20,000 bases of DNA from Gonapodya sp. JEL0774 (lineage: Eukaryota). The notes below the pieces were generated by a model. That model searched no databases, had not been told where the DNA came from, and saw only the letters and a program-made list of their open reading frames with translations. The DNA is taken from the NCBI GenBank assembly GCA_027604505.1, contig JADIIX010000111.1:52209-72208 (forward strand). The letters are read 5' to 3'. Of this stretch, positions 11,929 through 20,000 are shown piece after piece (within the stretch, counting starts at the first letter, position 1; every line of letters starts with the position of its first letter). A program made the position numbers and the translations under genes.

Positions 11929-13307
11929 AGCGATTCCAAGAAGCAATTGAGAATGGAGTGTCTACATTTCATGCACGGAGTCGACCTCTCGCCTCTGTTC
12001 TTGTCAAAACCACATGCAATCTGAGGTTAAGTCGTCCATTGCTCCACGGGAGCTTGCCAATGAAAATCATTCACTGCAGGAATAACAAATACCGTATCCT
12101 TGCTATTGGGTCGCTTAGTTGTCTGTTGGCCGTTCCATCGATCCATCCTCTTCCCAACTTGCAGGGAAAGGAAACTTACCCAAGCTCCTCCACATCCATT
12201 TCACTTTATCGAGCGGAATTGCTTCAAACTGTCCGATCGTTGTCCAATGTGTATATCTTCGCTCAATATTGACTATGTACATACCAAACCAACCCACTTG
12301 ATGCAGCCCTACAGCAGGGCACCACTGACAGCACCGACCGAATATCATTTACACGACCACTGAGTCAAGAATTGGAGGTCATATTTTAGAATGAGAGAAG
12401 ACTGTTTATGCCACAAGGGCTCCACGGCATCGGATTACAAACCAATAACTCGCGACACTGGATATCTGGAAGTGAAATGAGGTGATACAAGTATCTGAGA
12501 TTTAGAATTCAGAGATTTTAGTCAATTGGGTGGTCCTGTTGTTAGGTAAATTGAACTGAATTATGTACCAACGCCAATTGGCGTGTGTTCCAATTCCTCC
12601 TCGCAAAAAAACGGTATCACTACATTCACATATACCACGAAGCAAAAAAAAACAAAAGATTTCATTCAGTGCAGTCATTGGTGGAAGGGTATGTCTCCCA
12701 CCGATCGAAACCGATGATGAAGATGACTCAAGCGAAGAAACGTAATGTCGAGCGATCCACTGCCGTCGGTAGACTCTGGTTTACGATTTAGTTCTCGTTT
12801 TGTGGCGTTCCTCGCGCTGCCACGCCGCCCAATTTTGTGTAACTGGATTTCATGCATTCGTTGTATGCATTCTCCCGACAACAGAAGCCAGTGAGTCAAA
12901 AATCCAGCGTCAGACACGGTATTGAAACTAAATAGCAAAGTTCTTCTTCCCCCTTTCACTTTGTTCTGAGAAGGAGAAGCCGGCGGAGCATGTTCGATCG
13001 ATCACCTGCGAAAGGGGCGGAATGCATTTTGCAAATGCATATCACAATTCTCACACTTGTTCAGCCAGACACTTTCGGACTCATTGTGTCTTTCGCGAGA
13101 TTCTGTGATTTGGATCGCGCCGTGATCGGTTCTTTATTATGTCGTCAGAATGTGTGGGGGGGGACAAGCGCCCCCCCGCTTCGCGAAAACACTTCTGCCT
13201 CAATCGCCAGCACCCCTTTCCGCTTGAGGCATAACTGGTCCGACCTTACCTTGAATATTTTCCATTTCAAGTCACAGGTCAGAGGAAAAGACGGAAGGAT
13301 CGCGGCG

Positions 13308-14905
13308 ATGGCTCCAGATGGCTCTTCAAGCGCTCCACTGCTCTCCGAATCCAACGCTGCCTTCAAAGCGCAACACACTCCTGTTGACGCCTCAGGTGCG
13401 ATGGCACCGCAATCGCTCACAGACCCGATGTACTGGATCAGGGGTTTCACCCGTCTTTTCTTCACGCGCAAATTCATCGTCCATCGTGTTGTGGGCCTTG
13501 CATTCCTGCTCCAGTGGGCGGCGGCAGTTGTCCTGTATATTTGGGACTACGAGTCATTCCGCACGGGATGGCTGCCCATAACTCTCCCAATAACGGTATA
13601 ATCTGTGTTTTGGTTACCTGTATCACGTATAGTCTCAAAGTTCTCCACGGGCATGTAGGGGGTCTCGCAGACTGCGATTGCTGTCCTCACCTTTACTTTC
13701 CTCCCACGGAAAACTGACGGAGGATATGTCAATGATGTCGGCTCCATAAGCTACCAATTCATTTGCGAAAACCTATTTTTTTCCTCACGTGAGTCTATGT
13801 TCTCTGGGCAAGCCTCAGAGCCTGACTCTGCAACGTTTCTCCAGTGCTCTGTTTCCAGTACCTATATATGAATGACTGGATTTATCCATTTATTAAGACC
13901 CACCTATGGCCAGTCGAGTGTGAGTACCCCGGTCGCATTACTTTGTCATGCAGAACAACTCGCAACGACTCGAACTGTCAAACCCCACCCCACAGACGCA
14001 TTTGTGTTCCTCCCCTACTTTTGGCGTGCTGCTTTCCCCCAAACTCGCCTACGTGATACCGTACCGAACTTGCGCAAGAATCGGTCAACGTACAACTTCT
14101 ATATGAGTAAGTCCCACTTTACCCCCCATCGGTTGATTGTGTGCTATAAATTAAACATTGATCTTGTTTAGCCATGATGCAAGTGACTCGTGGTGCTATG
14201 CTATTTGGGAAGCACATCATCGGACTTCACTTGAACTACCTAAGGTATCTCGGAAGTGTGGTTTGTCGGTGCCAGTGGATCGTAGCACATAACAATTTAC
14301 ATTTTATCGTGTGGAGGTTCACCAACGCACTTAACCCAACGGATATTCGCTTTATTTACATGACGCTTATTAGTGGCTCGTTTGCGACAACGGTTAGCTG
14401 TTGTTACCTCCACGATGAACATTTTCTGCATCAGGGTGACAGCTTTTTTCCCACCCCAAACCACCCTCAGATCGCCATATTTCTCCATACCCTCCGATTT
14501 AAAGGTTATCTCCCTGGATGGGTAGCGTACTCCATGTACGTTGCCTCATTCGTCCCCGGCGGCCTTGCGTTTGTGCTCCACGGCGGCAAAGTCTTCACCG
14601 AGCATCCATATATCGCCATGATCTCCATCGGGGGCCTCCTTGCTAATCGCATTCCTACCACGAATCGCATATTCGACGCGTATCAGCTCGGTGTTCTCAC
14701 TATGTTCCATTGGAAGTACGTCAACGCATACGGCACGTGGTCCGAGGTTTTTAACCAGATCGCGTCTGCGTGGACGTGGACAACTGAGAGTATGGGTGGT
14801 GCGCAACCTGCTAATGCAACGGTGAACGCTTTCGCTGATCAAGCTAAAGCGGCGCTCGCATACGCGCTTGCGAATCCAGAAGGAGTGGCCGGTAAAATGT
14901 GGTGA
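13308..14905 (+). CDS. Uncharacterised multi-pass membrane protein, about 7 exons
   Basis: ATG at 13308. Phase-consistent splicing (first intron 13596-13658) gives HRVVGLAFLLQWAAAVVLY..|GVSQTAIAVLTFTFLPRKTDGGYVNDVGSISYQFICENLFFSS|LLCFQYLY..|YAFVFLPYFWRAAFPQT..|FGKHIIGLHLNYLR..SGSFATT|IAIFLHTLRFKGYL. Several hydrophobic segments. Stop TGA at 14903-14905. Confidence 0.8.
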
Positions 14906-15022
14906 ACATATTACAGAGAATTACATGAGTTCAAGGTGACTGTCGTCCTTATGTGACAATAAATTTGGGTTTCGTAAACAAGGGTGAGGTGACGAGGGGG
15001 AACTACATATGGCCCCTGAAGC

Positions 15023-15561
15023 TTATTTTGGTTTCGTCTGTGATTGGCCCACCCGCCATCGATTATCACTGTATGAAAAGGGAAACGCGACCGCGTTGGG
15101 AGGCGATGGTTGAACTTGAGGTTCGAGGAAGCGTGGAGGGAGATTCGCAGCATTCGTAGGAACTATCTCGCTTAGATTTGGAAAATCTCCTCGTGGGTCT
15201 GGGGGAATAGAGGCGGCACCAGTCGTCAGTGGGTATGCCTCCTCCCTTGGGATGAAGGTATGCTCTGAATGCAATTTGACTGAATGACGGGTATCCCACG
15301 ACTGCGAGCGACTGGCAGTTCTGATTGATACGGGAGTCATATCACTGTCTTGCTTTGGGGGTACAGAGGGAGTTCTGCAGGTCCTGCGAGTGGAATGGCG
15401 AACCATGACGTCTGGATAATTGAAGATGATCCCGCCGTCCGTTTGTCAGCGGACAGATATCGCGGAGGGATGATCAAAGCGAGAAACAAACCTTTTCGTG
15501 AGAATTTACGTCCACATTTCGGACAGATGACAGCCTTTTCGAAAACCTTTTGCGGTTCCAT
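15023..15561 (-). CDS. Small zinc-finger protein (Cx2Cx12Hx5C, C2H2-like), 2 exons, ~152 aa
   Basis: Exon 15561-15492, an 80-bp intron at 15491-15412 (GTTTGT..GCTGAC..CAG) and exon 15411-15023 splice to CPKCGRKFSRK-DVMVRHSTRRTC, followed by a P/S-rich tail. A CAG just upstream of the ATG could mark an additional upstream exon. Confidence 0.7.
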
Positions 15562-16503
15562 TCTGTGGAGTGGTTGCCGGGAGAGACGTTCATTATTGAG
15601 AGAGTGATCGGCTCAATTTCGCAAGTTCGGCATCCCATGCCCCAGGATACTGGAACAACTAAAGAATGACGGCATCTGACCTACGATCCTTCTGTTTCCT
15701 CACGCGAAGCTTTCGTGTCGGTGATCCCTGCTTACATACAACAGGGAACCCACCGAACTGGGGTTGCACCCACGGACCAAAACCAACACGTCACAAGTAC
15801 CTCCCACACAATTTCATCGGAGTGGCTGGACAAAGGCTGGAAAAGAACTGATGCCTTTTGACACTTTTTGAAGTAGTGTGGGAGCTGCGGATTCTCTTTG
15901 ATGAACCGATGGGCCGCCAACAATCACCAGTATTCAAATGCACAAACTACTGTGATCAAGCGGCTTGAAACGAAAATTCCTAAGGCCTTCCATGTTGGCA
16001 TCACACGATTGCTCGAATTGAGTCGCGGCTTTCGAGAAAGTTTCAAAAAATACCAAAAGGAATGAAGAGTTGTTATTAACTCCCCTTCTTCCACACGCGG
16101 TGCTCTTTCTGTTCAGACACATGAACTGATTGGGGTACGGGTGCCTGTGTCCTTGGCAGAGGATGGCGACATCAGAACAGTACTCCAGACGGAAGCGAAA
16201 TCAAAACACGATACACGATACCCAAGTATATCCGCCAAGAAATCGACACCATGGCAACGAACGTTTTCGAAATCAGGTTTGCCTGCTTTGGGTGGTGAGA
16301 GTCAAACGCCTGGTACCTTCGAGTACCTCATTATTATGTAAGTAATATATGTCGCGTTGCATTTCTTGCTCCTCCAGTCTCTCGGTTGCCACTTTGAGCT
16401 TATGATCCAAATTAGCTCATGGGCACCTCCAAGCTCTACATCTTTTGATTTTCGAGAATGATATTCGTGTTACATCGTCCTTCCCGACATGGACCAAGCC
16501 CTA

Positions 16504-17429
16504 TTACCACCCAACTGCCCTTACTATTCTCCAAAGCTTTCCACCAGCCACCCCCAGAAGCGCTAAACACGATACCACGTGCCACTTGGCGACAGAAACT
16601 GCCAAGGCCTCCGCTGTTGCTGGGAGCGGAAGTGTGAAGCGAGTTTCCTGGAGCTCGGCAACTGCAATGAAAGCAGGAAAGATCTGAGTGTAGGCGGCAA
16701 AAAGGAGCGAGGCGGACGCTGGGTAGAAATGAGGATGCGACAGAAGTAGGTACATGGATTTCCGTCAGCCAACACATCGGAGGAGGGGGAACACACCTGC
16801 TGTGAAGGCGTCGTTCGCATCTACTCCTTGCACAATTTTACCCGCGCTGCTAGCTTTTCTATCCCTATTCACACCGGTGTTTTTGACTGCGTGCTCTTTC
16901 ATCCGGTGTCGCAACCCCAACCCTACCCCGCCAATGGTAAGGGCGAGTCCTCCAAGGACCAAGCTCTGAAACCATGCCTTGGGTTCCGCACGAGCGTTGT
17001 GGTGCCAAAGGGAGGCCGCGTCGAGAGCGGCAATGTCAGGTTGGAGGGCGAATGTGGACGATAAGCTGGGAAGCCGGGAGAGGAGCAACGGGTAGTCGAA
17101 CATTCCCTCGGCTGAACAGAGTAATATTGAAAAAGTGAAAATTCATTTACATTCATCGATCGGATAAACTCAAAAGCAAATTGACTCGTCCACAAATAGG
17201 TATTCTCCGGAACCATTCCTACAACATACGAGGGGAAAGCACCAGCAATTCCCCAATAGACCCGTACTCTATCTTCATACACCTGATTATTCACATGAAA
17301 CGAACCTTGAGTGATTCCAACCAGCACCAAGCTCGACGACAGTGCGGCCAAATCGGACGCGTGAAGCGTTGGCCGATCTGCAGAATCCGCCGGGGTATGG
17401 GACGGGCTAGGCGCCGATTGAGAAGACAT
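16504..17429 (-). CDS. Probable Shr3-like ER membrane protein with about 4 transmembrane segments (amino-acid permease chaperone family), 3 exons, ~217 aa
   Basis: Exons 17429-17306, 17111-16797 and 16718-16504 join in frame (introns GTTCGT..CAG and GTGTGT..GCTGAC..CAG). Product: LAALSSSLVLVGITQAEGMFDYPLL..ALDAASLWHHNARAEPKAWFQSLVLGGLALTIGGVGLGL..DAFTAASASLLFAAYTQIFPAF..LAVSVAKWHVVSCLALLGVAGG. Size, four hydrophobic segments and motif spacing resemble Shr3. The family call is recognised by eye only. Confidence 0.55.
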
Positions 17430-18089
17430 TGACACGACGACAAAATTTCGTGTCTGTTATTGAAAACGTAGACGCTGAACGTGCACAAGGTTCACTCAAA
17501 CGCGGGCATGTCTTGAAAATGGAGGCCACAGAAGAAGCCTGCGCACTCCACACAGTCTTCACCTAGTCTTTGTCTGGCACACGCTAGCGCTGTATTGAAA
17601 CAACATAACACAATTGTATATCACTGTGGACTGCGACTACCGGGCCATTGACAGCGTCTCTTCCCAGGAATCCCTGACCATTTTTTACGCGTGCATCAAC
17701 GGGTCGGTGTGCCAAAATCTGGAAGTTCCTTATTGAGGCAGGCCTCACCAGTTCCTATCACAGTTCTCCCCGTTTGACCATGCTCCATCACCCAAGATCA
17801 TTGTGTTTGTCGTTTACAGCTCCGAGGTTGTACTGTACGCTCTACGATCGACTTGGCTTTTGAGGGTACTCACGAACCAATTTACATCTGTCGTCTGGCA
17901 CAACACATGACCTCGAACGATTTCGTACCACCGATAAGCCTGATGGGTGCAGAAACGAGGTAGCATAGACAATCAACAGGGCAAGAGCTGGCTTGAAAGA
18001 CAGATGCATTGAGAGGACTATAGAGCTTGAAGCGCCTACCATTGTTCTCTCACATGTGCATGTCTTGACCCACAGCACGCGTAAGCATG

Positions 18090-18720
18090 GGGCAGAACAG
18101 ACTTTTGCATTCAGTCCTCAGATGCCCGACTCTCCTATAAGGAGTCTTCATTGCTTTGAAATAAAACCCAATTTTCAATGGCACAATGCTTGGACTTGCA
18201 CCTGGAAGAGCCAAGTAATGTCCAGAGGAGACCCTCCTGTTCCAGGTCATTGGACGCGTCATTCACGTTATCATCCTTCAGCTCAAAATGTCTAAGGGCA
18301 CAAGAATGGGTGTCCATCACCGAGACACCGAGATGTGGTTGAGATTGAGCTCAAGAAAGCGTGTACTGTGTTGAATAGTGCTACGGATACTGAGTGCTCT
18401 GTGCTCAGTTGTCAAAATGTCGTGGGTAAAAATGGAATCGGTCGGAGTTGGAGGTTCGTGGATTCGAACCCAGACTGAACAGTGCGAGGTCAGTCCTGGT
18501 CAAGTGGGACCAGAAGTTTTGACATCCCGAAAAATCTCATTTTCATATCTGAGTTTACATTTAGCTCCGCATTCAAATCGGAGTAGTGAAAGCGCAACAT
18601 CTTAGTTGCAGACGAGATGAATCATGTGGTCTTAGGACACTGGGGAACAGTGATGTCACATAAAAATGACTAGGCTTTGTACTGGGGGGACATCGAATAC
18701 CAGACGAAAGAAAGTGAAGA
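18090..18720 (+). mobile_element. Possible second, heavily decayed Gypsy-like pol relic (start of RT plus integrase zinc-finger fragment)
   Basis: PSPRHRDVVEIELKK..VVGKNGIGRSWRFVD..(shift)RLNS at 18302-18490 resembles the RT N-terminal K..g.wR.cvDyR.LN motif. LVADEMNHVVLGHWGTVMSHKND*ALYWGDI at 18602-18694 resembles the integrase H..GH.G...yyW motif. Both are weak matches made by eye. Confidence 0.35.
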
Positions 18721-19099
18721 AAAAGAAGACGAAAAGGACAAAGGAAGAAAGTACAAACGTCCACACCATATCGCTTTCACTTGGGAAACGTCCCGAGGGA
18801 GTTGCCACGAGCTACGCGAGCTCGTTGAAAGTGATCACGTGTTCTCTGTTTTATCTTCTTTTGAGCTAAGAAACCAAACGCCCAGAAGGGCAGAAGAGTG
18901 TATTTGTTGACGTGGTACTAGTTCTGCGTCTTCATACGTGGTTCTAGGTTCTACAGGCCTGCTCTACACCCCGGGTGTCGTGTTATCTGACATCACCCAC
19001 AGACCCACTTCGAGAAATTCTCTTTCAACCCTCGACACAAAACATTGCCCAAGCGCACACTCGGAAGAGTGCAGCACCATTCGAAGAATGCTCAGTGTA

Positions 19100-19910
19100 A
19101 CAATGGTATACAGCATTCAAAGGCCTCAGGAACCCCTGTCAATTTGGCTTTGTTGGTTTTCGACTTTGGCATGTTAAACATTTATCGTGTACATATGATC
19201 GTACATCGCGTGCCATGCAATACCAATAGAATTTTCCTACCATTGCTTTAAGCATGGCAGTGGATCTGGCATGTGATCCAGTAGGGTCATTATGATGCAT
19301 ACGCAGAATCTCTTCTCTTCAAGCAGCTGGGACCACTTTTTGAGTTGGTCCGACTACCGCTTTTGAGATTATAGTGCGTTGCTGACTGTTTGCGGTGATT
19401 GTCTAAGAACAAATTATGGTTCAGACAAGTAGACCATTTTCGATTGCCATTACAGCAGCATGTCGAGCAGCTGTAATTAATTCTGCTGGTGTTGCAGTGT
19501 TTTCTATGACCGCAAAATTCTGGCAAGATCGGGGTCTGATCTTTGGTCTGCTGCCCACTGTTCGCGATAAGCTTGCGCTGACCACAAAATGGTGGCAAAA
19601 GCATTAGACGCTTCATTTGTAAGGGCGTTAACAACGTCAATGACATTGAGTGTCGCAACTGTCATGTATGAACGAGAGTCGCATTCTGTCATTTCTGTGT
19701 CTTGTGTGACATTCTCATTGCAACATTGATCACCATATGTCGGAACTTCGGGGTCAATTTGGCCTGTTGTTTCGCTGCTATTTTCCATTCTGGATAATGC
19801 ATCGACATTTGATTGTGTTGATCCGGGTCAGTAATGCGGCTAAACAAATTGCCCACCAAGCGATTTTACCTTTACTGTCAGGGCGTGGCCTGACAAGGTA
19901 TTCTGGATCA
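19100..19910 (-). mobile_element. Degenerate Ty3/Gypsy LTR-retrotransposon pol fragment (RNase H C-terminus, linker, integrase HHCC zinc-binding domain)
   Basis: Minus-strand translation: EYLVRPRPDSKGKIAWWAICLA, frameshift, HY*PGSTQSNVDALSR (~19836-19789), REQWAADQRSDPDLARIL, frameshift, IENGLLV*, then KVVPAA*REEILRMHHNDPTGSHARSTAMLKAMVGKFYWYCMARDVRSYVHDKCLTCQSRKPTKPN*QGFLRPL. RNase H before integrase is the Gypsy domain order. No integrase catalytic core or LTR seen. Confidence 0.88.
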
Positions 19911-20000
19911 TAGGACACAGATTGGACGCTGCAACGTCAATAGAGTGAAAGATCGTATTTTTGTAGTTTGACTATGCGTTTCAAATGAATTCTTTACGTT

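Noticed and set aside
11950..13000. Short ORFs in the divergent intergenic region, including an acidic ETDDEDDSSEET stretch
   Set aside because: No coherent splice model or domain. Treated as non-coding, though a decayed fragment cannot be excluded.
15600..16480. Short ORFs between the zinc-finger and Shr3-like genes
   Set aside because: No motifs and no consistent exon chain.
324..17429. Idea that the membrane and trafficking genes form a functional cluster
   Set aside because: They belong to unrelated housekeeping families, and I see no shared pathway, biosynthetic core enzyme or shared motif. Conserved synteny would be needed to argue otherwise.
18460..18471. GGGTTCGAATCC on the - strand, a perfect tRNA T-loop / Pol III B-box
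   Set aside because: The T-stem does not pair properly, and I could not build an acceptor stem, D-arm or A-box. It also falls inside the possible RT relic. tRNAscan-SE would settle it.
18677..18910. ORF with a TWE motif suggesting a chromodomain
   Set aside because: It lacks the YLVKW core and is mostly purine-rich low-complexity sequence.
1..20000. CRISPR arrays, rRNA, LTR pairs, terminal inverted repeats and prokaryotic defence or operon systems
   Set aside because: None seen by eye, and the DNA is spliceosomal-intron-containing eukaryotic sequence.

Overview
Eukaryotic, intron-rich genomic DNA with short GT-AG introns and fungal-type genes. My inference is an early-diverging fungus such as a chytrid; I cannot prove the taxon. 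Bases 1-17.45 kb are gene-dense and contain, in order: the 3' end of an unknown gene (+), a STRIPAK subunit FAR11/STRIP (-), a stand-alone DUF1992 protein (-) head-to-head with a monocarboxylate-porter-type MFS transporter (+), a TBC1D5-like Rab-GAP (-), an uncharacterised multi-pass membrane protein (+), a small spliced zinc-finger gene that the ORF track does not show intact (-), and a probable Shr3-like ER membrane protein (-). From about 17.5 kb to the end I find no intact gene. There is a clear decayed Ty3/Gypsy pol fragment (RNase H to integrase zinc finger, - strand) with several lesions that fit CpG->TpG changes, and possibly a second, more decayed Gypsy fragment on the + strand. I see no convincing multi-gene novel system. 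The best leads are the uncharacterised His-containing membrane protein and the CpG-mutated retroelement. All exon models were built by eye.
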